Assembly (NCBI GenBank): GCA_963777085.1
Contig: CAVZPI010000010.1
Location: 10,065-74,064 of the forward strand
Length of the DNA: 64,000 nucleotides
DNA from: an uncultured Actinomycetes bacterium
GTDB taxonomy: Bacteria > Actinomycetota > Actinomycetes > S36-B12
Direction of reading: 5' to 3'
Under the pieces are notes generated by a model. The model did not search any database. It was given only the letters and a program-made list of their open reading frames with translations, and was not told the DNA's origin. Positions 55,775 to 64,000 of this stretch are shown piece after piece. The position numbers and the translations under genes were made by a program. Position 1 is the stretch's first letter, and every line of letters begins with the position of its first letter.

Positions 55775-55785
55775 TCCCTGCGGTT

Positions 55786-55840
55786 CCTCGCCACTTGTGG
55801 GTGCCTCCCGCCCCCACGATTCCGCCCACAGGTGGCGAGG
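55786..55840. repeat. Repeat family B, copy 4 (shorter, diverged)
   Basis: CCTCGCCACTTGTGGGTG-loop-CGCCCACAGGTGGCGAGG. It starts 12 nt after the NmrA-like stop. Confidence 0.65.
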
Positions 55841-56115
55841 CTTCGCATTCCACCGTGCCAGCGGCTGCCGTCGGTCATCTGTCCGCAGTGCCACTGCGGG
55901 CCCCGTTCGTCATTTCCCGGACGTGGCGCCACTGAGACCCACGGGCGCGATCACGTGGCCCTGACAGACGACAACGGTCCCGCCCGGCAGCGTCGTCGCC
56001 CGGATCGGCAACCGGTCGTGGATGAGGACGATGGAGTCCGGGTCGCCACCTGCTCGCGAGAAGTGCCGTCGTGGGCCCGCTCGACCGCGATGGCCGGGGC
56101 GGGGTCCAGAATTCG

Positions 56116-56958
56116 CTAGCCTTCGACGAGGGAGCCGAAGGCGGCCAGGGTGGCCCGGACGTATCCGAGGTTGGCGCGGCCGGCCTGCCACTCCAGTGCG
56201 AGGTGAGCGCACTCGGACAGGGCTGACTCGAACCTGTCCAGCTCGCCGTCCGCGGCCAGGCCGCCCGCCAGGTAGAGGGTGCCGCAGTCGGCCTCGTCCG
56301 GACGATCGCCGGCTTCCCACCTGGCGATGTCCTCGGGTCCGAGGAATCGGCTCGTCCAGTCGAACGACACGCTGCGGGTGCCGTCCGTCTCGTCGGTGGT
56401 CCAGTCGATGAGCAGGTCGGCATGCTGGCGCCCGGTCGACTCCCTGCTCTCCGGTTCCGGCACCGCCGCGATCCGCAGCCGCTGGCAGGCCTCGGACGCC
56501 TCCTCGTCGGTCAGGACCAGCCGGTGTCGTGACGCCTCCTGGCACTCCGCGCGGCAGGCGGCGACGACCACGCGTCCGGGTTCGACTCGCAGTGTCAGGG
56601 TCGACGAGGGTCCCGCGACCCCCTCGCAGCCGCCGACGGCGACGGTCACGCTCGCAGGATCGACGGGGCGCATCGCTTCGTGGGCGGCCGCGGCAGCAGG
56701 CCCGGTGACCGGGGCGGCTGCTGGCGCCTGGACCGTCGTGCCGCTCGAGATCATCATGTCCGCGATCGCCCGGGCCAGTGCCTGGTCCCGCTGCTGCTGG
56801 ACCCGCGGTGAGGGCGGCATGGCGGCGACGACGACGAGTCCGAAGACGCTGAAGAAGAGGCCGTAGACGGCGCCCTCCCACTCGCGGCCCTTGGTGGAGC
56901 CGATAGCCGCTCCTGACAGGGCGGTCACGGCGACCACCACCACGATAAGCCAGCCCAT
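56116..56958 (-). CDS. Membrane-anchored hypothetical protein
   Basis: 280 aa with two N-terminal TM helices followed by a soluble Cys-containing domain. GC3-rich frame. Confidence 0.55.
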   Translation of the reverse strand: MGWLIVVVVAVTALSGAAIGSTKGREWEGAVYGLFFSVFGLVVVAAMPPSPRVQQQRDQALARAIADMMISSGTTVQAPAAAPVTGPAAAAAHEAMRPVDPASVTVAVGGCEGVAGPSSTLTLRVEPGRVVVAACRAECQEASRHRLVLTDEEASEACQRLRIAAVPEPESRESTGRQHADLLIDWTTDETDGTRSVSFDWTSRFLGPEDIARWEAGDRPDEADCGTLYLAGGLAADGELDRFESALSECAHLALEWQAGRANLGYVRATLAAFGSLVEG

Positions 56959-57295
56959 GCGCCACTCCCCATCCGTCGCGAATCCGCCTCGGCATCATCG
57001 CACCCGCAGGTGCCCGGACCTGACGCGCGACACTGAGACCCATACGCACCGCGCCGCGCAGATCCTCGCGTGGGTGCTGCGTGGCTCGCTGGTGCGCCAG
57101 GACTCCATGGGTCACGCCAGGGTCGTCTACCCGGGGCTGGCTCAGCGGATGAGCGACGGCACGGGCATGTCTCGCTCCGAGAGGAGCGACGCGTCGTGGC
57201 AGCAGGCGATGATCGCCGTTCGTCCCCAGAGTCCGGGAGGAGCCCACACAGTCCGATGCGATCGCTGCGCATGTCCCTGCGCGACAATCGCACCT

Positions 57296-57682
57296 GTGAC
57301 CGTTGACGGCGATTTCGACTTCGTGAGGCTTCACCACGTCCAGTTGGCGATTCCGGCTGGCGGCGAGGACGCCTGCCGGGCCTTCTGGGGCGCGACGCTG
57401 GGCATGGTGGAGCTGGAGAAGCCGCCGGCACTGGCAGCCCGAGGCGGGTGCTGGTTCCGTGGCGGCGGGGTTGACCTGCATCTCGGTGTGGAGCGGGACT
57501 TCTCGCCGGCGAGGAAGGCGCACCCCGGCATCGTCGTCAACGACCTGCCCGCTCTGGCCCGACGGTTCGAGGGCTCCGGAGTGGCTGTCACGTGGGACGA
57601 CGACTTCCCGGGATTCTCTCGGTTCTACGCGGCGGATCCGTTCGGGAATCGCCTTGAGTTCCTCGAACCGCATCGCGCCTAG
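57296..57682 (+). CDS. VOC/glyoxalase family protein
   Basis: FVRLHHVQLAIPAG...HPGIVVNDL...DPFGNRLEFLE. GTG start at 57296 (alternative at 57323). Confidence 0.75.
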   Translation: MTVDGDFDFVRLHHVQLAIPAGGEDACRAFWGATLGMVELEKPPALAARGGCWFRGGGVDLHLGVERDFSPARKAHPGIVVNDLPALARRFEGSGVAVTWDDDFPGFSRFYAADPFGNRLEFLEPHRA

Positions 57683-57707
57683 CGGACCCGACGGCGCATC
57701 GACTTCA

Positions 57708-59472
57708 TCACGCATCCACCACTTCCAGCTCGTTCTCGGTGAGGTGGCATCGCCGATGGGGCAACGCAGTTCGCTCAGGGGGGTGGTGGGTCGGGGTCGG
57801 TTGTGTCCTGGGTCGTGGTGCTCTGGGGTGGGTCGAGGACGGGATGGGGCGGGGGTGTCGTGGTGGTGGGCCAGAGGCGAGGTCCAGGTGCAGGAGCCGT
57901 CTTCGGCGGAGTGGGTGATCGTGCCAGCCGGAGTGGGTCTTGAGCTGGTGGTGGCGCACGCACAGGGCGCCGAGATTCGCGCGGCTGGTCTCGCCGCCGT
58001 CGCTCCAGGGGAGGGCGTGGTCGAGCTGGCAGCCGGTGGCGCGGTGCTGGCAGCCGGGGAACCGGCAGGTGCGGTCGCGGGTGGTGACGAACTCCCGCAG
58101 CCGCTCAGGGATGCGGTAGCGCGTGCGGCCGACGTCGAGCAGGTGCCCGGTGATCGGGTCGGTCACCAGGCGGCGCAAGGTGGCGCCGGTGTCGGGGTCG
58201 GCGAGCAGGTCGCGGATCTCGTCGATGGCGGCGTCGATGCGGGGGCCGCGACCCGAGCCCGCCGCCAGCTGACCGGGGGCTGTGGACAGGCCGAGCAGCG
58301 CATCCAGCGGGATGGTCACCTCGACGTGGACGCGTACCCGCGGCGACGGATCGGGGGTGCCTGCCTGGGTCCTCGCGCCCGTCAGGATCATGCGGGCCAG
58401 GACCTCGGTGCGCCGTTCGCCGATGGTCGCGTCGCGCTCGAGGCGTCCGTCGGCCTCCAGCCGCGGGTCGGTCGCCGCGGCGTCGATCGCCGACAGGCAG
58501 GCCAGGGCCCCGGTGGTGGCCATCCGGGCGATGAGCAGCGAGTGGCCGTCCTGCTCGGCGGTGACCCACACGTCGCGGGCGCACCGCGCCTGCCGCCGCC
58601 GGCGCTCCATCCCCTCGGGGTCGATCGCCAGCACCACCCGGGCCGCCCGCTGCCGCGTCAGCGCCACGGTGGCCCGCCGCGCGGTGGGCAGGACCCGGTC
58701 CTGCAGCACCGCGCAGGCCCGCGCGATGCACCGGCGCCAACGCGGCGCGCTCGGCATCGGAGACGACCGTGCCGGTGACCGCGTCCGCCCCGGGCAGGCG
58801 CCCGGCGGCCTCCGCGACGACGGTCGCATGCCGGGCGGTGATCTGGCCGCCCGCGAGCGCATCCAGGGTCCGGGAAAGCGGCCCGACCAGCAGCCGGGCG
58901 GCCTGGATCCGCGCGTGCGCCTGCTGCGGGCTGATCCGCAGCGCCGCCGCGTACTCCTCCCGCGCCGCATCGCTGATGCGGATCACCCGCACGCCATCGG
59001 TCTCCCGGTGGCGGGGGTGATCCTGGTACCGATCGGGAGCCGCATCGACGGCGGCATCGCCACGCACGTACAGCTCCTGCGTCACCGGATGCCCAGACAC
59101 CGCCGCCACCGTGACCTGCGCCTCGACCGCCGCCAGCGACGCGACCTGCCGCGCCAGCACCTGCACGAACACGATCGCCTCGTCCGGTGCCAGCGCCGAC
59201 CGGTCCACCCCCAGCAGCGCCCCCAGCACCGGCAGGCACGGCGCCATCACCAGCAACCCCGCGAGCAGCTCACCCGTCGGCAGGCCCACATCCACCACGC
59301 CATCAGCCGCCTGCGGAGTCAGGACATCCCAGAAGTCGGGGGCATCGACCAGCACCTCCGCGACGAACCCCGCATCGAACCCCGGACCCAGGTCGTCCGG
59401 GTCGAACACCGGCGGCCAGCACTCCGCAAGCACGCACGAGGCCCCAACCGGGCCACCACCATGTTCGAACAT
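57708..59472 (-). pseudogene. DUF222/HNH endonuclease (REP13E12-type), at least 2 frameshifts
   Basis: The N-terminus (MFEHGGGPVG...RISPQQAHARIQAARLL) is in the frame of ORF 58105..59511. The middle and the HNH motif (CRFPGCQHRATGCQLDHALPW...LCVRHHQLKTHSGW) are in the frame of ORF 57708..58970. The expected TITHSAEDGSCTWTSP tail is in the third frame. The shifts lie near 58720 and 57930. Confidence 0.75.
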
Positions 59473-59482
59473 GCGTTCGAGA

Positions 59483-60541
59483 CTACCCCAAACCCCTGAC
59501 ACTGCAACCACTTCCCACTCGCATCGTTAGCATCTCGCGGTCCTGTTCGCGTTCCGCCGAGAGCTCTGCACTGGGTCGAATTCTGCAGCCCCGCTGCTTG
59601 GGGATGGGGACCGTGTCCAGGAAGCCCAGGACGAGGCGGGCAACATGACGCGGGCGCTGGAACAGGAAGGAATGGCCGGCACCGGGCACGAGGGACAGGC
59701 GCGCGCCGGGGATCAGTGCCGCCATGCGACGGCTGTTGACGGGTGGCGTGATGACGTCCCTCGCTCCGGTGATCACGAGGGTCGGAATGCTCAGCCCGTG
59801 AAGGGAGTCGCGGTTGGCGTTGCTGCGCAGCCACGGATCCTCGGCGGCGACCATCGCGTCGTAGGTGGACGAGGGGACGGGGCCCGAGGGGTAGGCGCCG
59901 GTCTCGAGGGCGCTCGCGAGTCGGCGCAGGAACGACCGACCGGCCGACTGCGCGACCGACGTCCTCGGGTAGTTCGTCGCGAGGTACGCCGCGTCGTCGC
60001 CCGCGGGGTCGCTGTCGGCCTGCTGGACCCAGGGCGGACCGAGAACGGCGTCGTCTCCGCCCGGATTCGTCGCGGCCAGCACCAGTCGACGGACGAGCTG
60101 CGGGTGACGGACCGCGAGCCGCTGGGCGATGAATCCGCCCATCGACCAGCCGAGGACATCGACGGACGCGCCGGGCAGCACGCGCCGCAGCAGCGCAGCG
60201 GTCCAGTCCGCGGCCGAGTCGAATCGCCACCGGCCCGGTGCCGGCCCCGACTGCCCCAGTCCCGGGTAGTCGAAGACGATGACGCGTCGTGACACGGCGA
60301 GGCCTGCGAGCAGCGCCGGGTCCCACTCGTTCATCGGCGATCCGGTGCCGTTGAGGAGCAGCAGGGCCGGGCCCGTGCCGATCTCGGACCAGGCGATGGA
60401 CGTTCCGGCTGCGTCGGTCGTGTGGACGCGCAGCCGGACGTCCCGCCAGCCGGAGTCGCCGGCCGCCTCGGCGGCGAAGGCCGGGGCAGCACTCGCCAGC
60501 AGGAGCGTCAGGGAGAGCAGGATCGTCCTGATGGCTCGCAC
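59483..60541 (-). CDS. Secreted alpha/beta hydrolase
   Basis: 352 aa with a signal peptide, a GWSMGG nucleophile elbow and a GAGHSF motif. The last 45 aa or so look like read-through into flanking sequence. Confidence 0.75.
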   Translation of the reverse strand: MRAIRTILLSLTLLLASAAPAFAAEAAGDSGWRDVRLRVHTTDAAGTSIAWSEIGTGPALLLLNGTGSPMNEWDPALLAGLAVSRRVIVFDYPGLGQSGPAPGRWRFDSAADWTAALLRRVLPGASVDVLGWSMGGFIAQRLAVRHPQLVRRLVLAATNPGGDDAVLGPPWVQQADSDPAGDDAAYLATNYPRTSVAQSAGRSFLRRLASALETGAYPSGPVPSSTYDAMVAAEDPWLRSNANRDSLHGLSIPTLVITGARDVITPPVNSRRMAALIPGARLSLVPGAGHSFLFQRPRHVARLVLGFLDTVPIPKQRGCRIRPSAELSAEREQDREMLTMRVGSGCSVRGLG

Positions 60542-60682
60542 GGGGCCGATGCTAGGGCCACCCAGGTGGCCCCTGGCTCGAAGGTGATCCTCGAGGGGAG
60601 GATGCCGATCGCGACGCCAGGTGACGAGCGACGCCCGGTGACGAGCACTGCTTCGCCGCGAAGCGAGGCAGGTCGGGGTCGG

Positions 60683-61915
60683 TCAGCTCGGTGGGCGGCG
60701 CGCGAGCCGCCTGAGGGCCACCGCCCCGAGGCCTGCCGCGATGAGCGCGGCGGCGGCCCCGAGCGCGAGGGCCCAGCGCGGCCCGGCCTGCTCGGCCACG
60801 AAGCCGATGATCGGTCCGCCGACCGGAGTGGTTCCGATGAAGGCGACGGTCCACAGTGCCATGACCCGTCCGCGCATCTCCGGCGCCGCCGTCAGCTGCA
60901 AGGTGGTGCTGCCCGTCGACAGGAACCAGATGCTTGCCGCGCCCACGGCGACGAGGGCGCCCGACGCGGCGACGAGAGTGGGCGAGAGGACGACCAGGAG
61001 CACCGTACCGCCGAAGGCTGCCGCGGCCAGGGCCATCGTCCGGATGCCACTGCCGGGACGACCCGCGCTCACGAGCCCACCGATCACCGCGCCCACCCCC
61101 ATCGCTGCCGTCACGGCTCCGAGGCTGCCCGCGCCACCGTTGAAGGTCTCGGTCGCGAGGGCGGGCAGGCTGATCTGGAACTCGTAGGTCAGCGTGCCGA
61201 CGAGCGCCATCATCAGCAGCGGAACGAGCAGGTGCGGGTCGTGGCGCACGTAGCGCAGGCCGTCCCTGAGCTGGCCCGGGCCGCGCGGCACCGGCTCGGT
61301 CGGTCGCAGCTCGGAGCGATTCATCACGGCGTACGCGCCGATCACCGCGATGAAGCTGACCGCGTTCACCAGGAAGCAGGTGCCCAGGCCCGCCGTGGCG
61401 ATGAGCACGCCGGCGATCGCCGGGCCCACCGCGCGTGCCACGTTGACGAGGACCGCGTTCAGGCTGACGGCGTTGCGCACCATCTCGACGGGCACCATCT
61501 CGCGGACGAATGCCTGGCGGCCCGGGTTGTCGACGGCGTTGATCAGCCCGAGGCCGATCGACAAGGCGAGCACCCACCCGAGGTTGACCGTGCCGGTGAC
61601 CGTCAGGAGGCCCAGGGCGAGGGCCTGCCCCGCCGCGGCTGACTGCGTGCCGATCAGCAGGCGTCGCTTGTCCATCCGGTCGACGAGCAGTCCGCCGTAC
61701 GGACCGAGGAGGAGGACCGGCAGCGACTGGAGCGCGATCGCGAGCCCGAGCCACGTGGCGGAGCCCGTCAGTGTCAGGACGAGCCAGGCCACGGCGACCG
61801 ACTGCATCCATGTGCCGGTGAGCGACACCGCCTGGCTGAAGAAGAACGTGCGGTAGTTGCGGTTGGCCAGGGACGCGAAGGTGGCCGAGCGCCGGGTCGA
61901 GGCGGGCTCGGTCAT
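60683..61915 (-). CDS. MFS transporter (EntS/MFS_3-like)
   Basis: 410 aa with NRNYRTFFFSQAVSLTGTWMQ and GGLLVDRMDKRRLL. Confidence 0.85.
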   Translation of the reverse strand: MTEPASTRRSATFASLANRNYRTFFFSQAVSLTGTWMQSVAVAWLVLTLTGSATWLGLAIALQSLPVLLLGPYGGLLVDRMDKRRLLIGTQSAAAGQALALGLLTVTGTVNLGWVLALSIGLGLINAVDNPGRQAFVREMVPVEMVRNAVSLNAVLVNVARAVGPAIAGVLIATAGLGTCFLVNAVSFIAVIGAYAVMNRSELRPTEPVPRGPGQLRDGLRYVRHDPHLLVPLLMMALVGTLTYEFQISLPALATETFNGGAGSLGAVTAAMGVGAVIGGLVSAGRPGSGIRTMALAAAAFGGTVLLVVLSPTLVAASGALVAVGAASIWFLSTGSTTLQLTAAPEMRGRVMALWTVAFIGTTPVGGPIIGFVAEQAGPRWALALGAAAALIAAGLGAVALRRLARRPPS

Positions 61916-61999
61916 CGCGCCCAGAGTATGCGGCGGACGTGGCCGGGGTCGCGAGTGGGCTCCGACGTGGGGAGCGGGCCCACGACCGGGCAGCGCATG

Positions 62000-64000
62000 T
62001 CAGCGCGTCGCCTGCAGGTACCGGTCGACGATCGCCTGCGGCACGCGGCCCCGCGCATTGACCTCGATGCCCTGCTCGAGCGCCCACGTGCGGACCGCCC
62101 CCGGGTCAACGTCGCCGCCTGCCCGCAGAGCCCGCTCCGTGCCCGGGCGGAGCGCCCTTGCTCCCGCCTGCGCGTGCATGCGCACCTGCTCCCCGGCGAG
62201 TGCCCCGGCGATCGGCGCGGGGGAGGGGAGGGCGGAGACGACCACGCCGTCGATGGCCGTGGCGGCATCCGCCACCCGCTGATGGTGGGTGAACACGATC
62301 ACCTGGAGGCCAGGCGCGAGGTCTCGCAGGATTCCCAGCGCATCGGCCGTGCGATCGTCGTCGAAGGCCATGAGCACGTCGTCGAGCACCAGGGGAAGGG
62401 CCGGCTCGCCCGCGGCGAGTCGCTCGGCGTGGAGCTCGGCGACGGCGGCCAGTCGAAGGGCGAGGAACACCTGGTCGGCCGTGCCCTCCGACAGCTCTGC
62501 CGTGCCCTTCGGATCGTTGTCGGCCCGCAGGACGCGGAGCCTTCGAGTGGTGGCGTCCTCCTCCGCACGCAGTGCCACCCAGCGGCCGCCGGTGAGGCGG
62601 TCGAGGATCTGCCCTGCGCGGTCGAGGAGCGGACGCGTGTCCTCGCCGCCGAAGCCGGCGAGGACCTTCTCGAGCAGTCGTCGCTGCAGGGCGAGGACGG
62701 CCCAGGCCTCGGCGAGTCGCGCGACCTCGGCCTGGCGAGCCATGACCTCGGCCTCCGCGTCGGCGGCGCCCGCCGCGGTCTCGAGCGCGATGAGGACGTC
62801 GCGAGCGGTGGTCCGCCTCTCCCTGACCATGTCCGCGGCGGAGCGGGCCTCGTCGTCGAGGCCCTTGGCCGTGGCGCGACACTGCGCGGCGGTGACCTCG
62901 TCCTGGCCCTCGAGCCGGGCGACCACGTCGGCGACCTTGCTGCCCTGGTCGACTCCGGCCGTGAGGCCGCGCAGGGCATCGGCCTCGCGGGCGAGCGGGT
63001 CGGACGCGCGCTCGGCACGGTCCGCCAGCTCGTCGAGGCCCGGTCCGGGTTCGACGCCGTGGTCGTCGGCCAGCCGCTGCACGATGACCGCGGCGCGCCG
63101 TGCCGTGTGCTCGGCGTCGTCGAGGGCAATGCCCTTGGCGTCGATCTGCTCCTGGTAGCCCCGGCGACTGGCCGACGCTGCGGTCGCCGCACTGTGTCGC
63201 CGGACGAGCTGGGACAGGCCCAGTTCGACCTGGGCCGGCGTGATCGGCTGCTCGGCCTCGTGGGCACCATGTCGGGCAAGCAAGTCGACCGCCTCGGCGC
63301 AGAACGACCTCCATGCGTTGCGGGCCTTCTCATCGCGGTCCTGCGCGTTGACGCGATCCACCTGGATCGATGCGACCAGCTCGAGTACTTCGGCCTGGGC
63401 ACGCCAGGAGGCCGTCGTGCTCGCCGCGGTGAGTCCCACCAGGGTTGCCGCCTCGGCCCAGGGGCCGCGGAGCTCGGCGATCTGGCCGGCGGCCGACAGG
63501 TCCTTGGCGTGCGCGGCGTGCGCGGTGATCAGCAGCCCCACGGCGGCGGCGGCGGTGTCCGTGCTCGGTGCCGACTGGATGCCGAGGGCCGACCAGGCGC
63601 CCGACCAGTCGGCCTCCAGACGACCGACGTCAGTGCGGGCTACGTCCAGGGCGGCCGCCGCTGCCTCCTCCTTCAGCCGTGCCGCCTCCAGTCCCTCGAC
63701 GTGGGCCTCGATCCGGGCATCCTGCATCGCGATGCGGGCCCGCTCGGCCGCCTCGTCGTCGGCAGCCCTGTCGGCAGCGCAGCTGCGTGCGTCGAGGTCG
63801 GCCGCCATGTCGACGCGGTCGCCCGGATCGGGCAGCTGCCCGGACACCCAGGCACGCCGCACGTCACGCCAACGGGCATCGCGCTGGGTGCGGAGATCGA
63901 CGACGTCGGCTCGAGTGACGCTCGCATCGGCCCGCGCCTCGGGAGCGCCTTCGCGCAGCGCCGCCCTGGCCCGCTGGGCATCGTCGAGCATCGTGCCCAG
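62000..64000 (-). CDS. YhaN/SbcC-like SMC-type AAA ATPase, C-terminal two-thirds, ending in an Lsr2-type DNA-binding domain (5' end outside the window)
   Basis: It has a long coiled-coil, an LSEGTADQVFLALRLA signature motif, an LVLDDVLMAFDDDR Walker B and a VIVFTHH H-loop. The terminal VRTWALEQGIEVNARGRVPQAIVDRYLQA resembles the Lsr2 C-terminal domain. Confidence 0.75.
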   Translation of the reverse strand: MGTMLDDAQRARAALREGAPEARADASVTRADVVDLRTQRDARWRDVRRAWVSGQLPDPGDRVDMAADLDARSCAADRAADDEAAERARIAMQDARIEAHVEGLEAARLKEEAAAAALDVARTDVGRLEADWSGAWSALGIQSAPSTDTAAAAVGLLITAHAAHAKDLSAAGQIAELRGPWAEAATLVGLTAASTTASWRAQAEVLELVASIQVDRVNAQDRDEKARNAWRSFCAEAVDLLARHGAHEAEQPITPAQVELGLSQLVRRHSAATAASASRRGYQEQIDAKGIALDDAEHTARRAAVIVQRLADDHGVEPGPGLDELADRAERASDPLAREADALRGLTAGVDQGSKVADVVARLEGQDEVTAAQCRATAKGLDDEARSAADMVRERRTTARDVLIALETAAGAADAEAEVMARQAEVARLAEAWAVLALQRRLLEKVLAGFGGEDTRPLLDRAGQILDRLTGGRWVALRAEEDATTRRLRVLRADNDPKGTAELSEGTADQVFLALRLAAVAELHAERLAAGEPALPLVLDDVLMAFDDDRTADALGILRDLAPGLQVIVFTHHQRVADAATAIDGVVVSALPSPAPIAGALAGEQVRMHAQAGARALRPGTERALRAGGDVDPGAVRTWALEQGIEVNARGRVPQAIVDRYLQATR

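Noticed and set aside
55850-56040. Minus-strand ORF tail (..DSIVLIHDRLPIRATTLPGGTVVVCQGHVIAPVG..) that looks protein-like.
   Set aside because: No in-frame start codon or RBS is visible and no family could be recognised. It may be a gene remnant, but I cannot support a call.

Overview
High-GC actinobacterial chromosomal window (by eye roughly two-thirds G+C, strong GC3 bias in the real frames). All calls come from reading the ORF translations and the DNA, with no searches run. I support about 60 protein-coding loci and found no rRNA, tRNA or CRISPR array.

Layout:
- 1-8.6 kb is a decayed accessory or defence-type island. It holds DUF4268-like and DUF4238 proteins, a RelE/ParE-XRE TA pair, a HicA-HicB TA pair (HicB frameshifted), PD-(D/E)XK and HNH nuclease relics, an IS3 transposase C-terminal fragment and a phage-type metallophosphoesterase.
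- 8.6-16 kb holds a secreted phospholipase-A2-like protein, small membrane and zinc-ribbon proteins, a mutarotase, a carotenoid-family membrane protein and an arylamine N-acetyltransferase.
- 16-27 kb holds a 901-aa FN3-repeat surface protein, a badly broken fadD-like gene, the otsA-otsB-dacB operon, a cupredoxin protein and a TetR regulator.
- 27-37 kb holds a glycosidase, a Bcr/CflA exporter, a LigB-type dioxygenase, two unlisted micro-ORFs, an EEP nuclease/phosphatase (frameshifted), gpx-ohrR, a K+ channel, yjdM and an ADH.
- 37-41 kb holds three broken genes.
- 41-64 kb holds a DUF2510 polytopic membrane protein, DUF4126, a lipoprotein with a tandem repeat, a Tat-signal PSD-like decarboxylase, ALDH, LacI, OsmC, a GH13 enzyme, a TPR protein, a superinfection-immunity-family protein, an ABC-transporter deletion relic, an HxlR/NmrA pair, a 13E12-type DUF222/HNH pseudogene, an alpha/beta hydrolase, an MFS transporter and the 3' part of a YhaN-like SMC ATPase ending in an Lsr2-type DNA-binding domain.

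Most unusual signals:
1. Two uncharacterised structured repeat families. Family A is a G-rich hairpin/iteron element with 3 copies in the first 8 kb, two of them directly after TA antitoxin genes. Family B is a long-stem palindromic element with 4 copies between 44 and 56 kb.
2. A strongly non-random load of frameshifted genes and in-frame deletion chimeras, set beside long intact ORFs.

I did not recognise a complete known defence system. The candidates above are hypotheses that need database and read-level checks.
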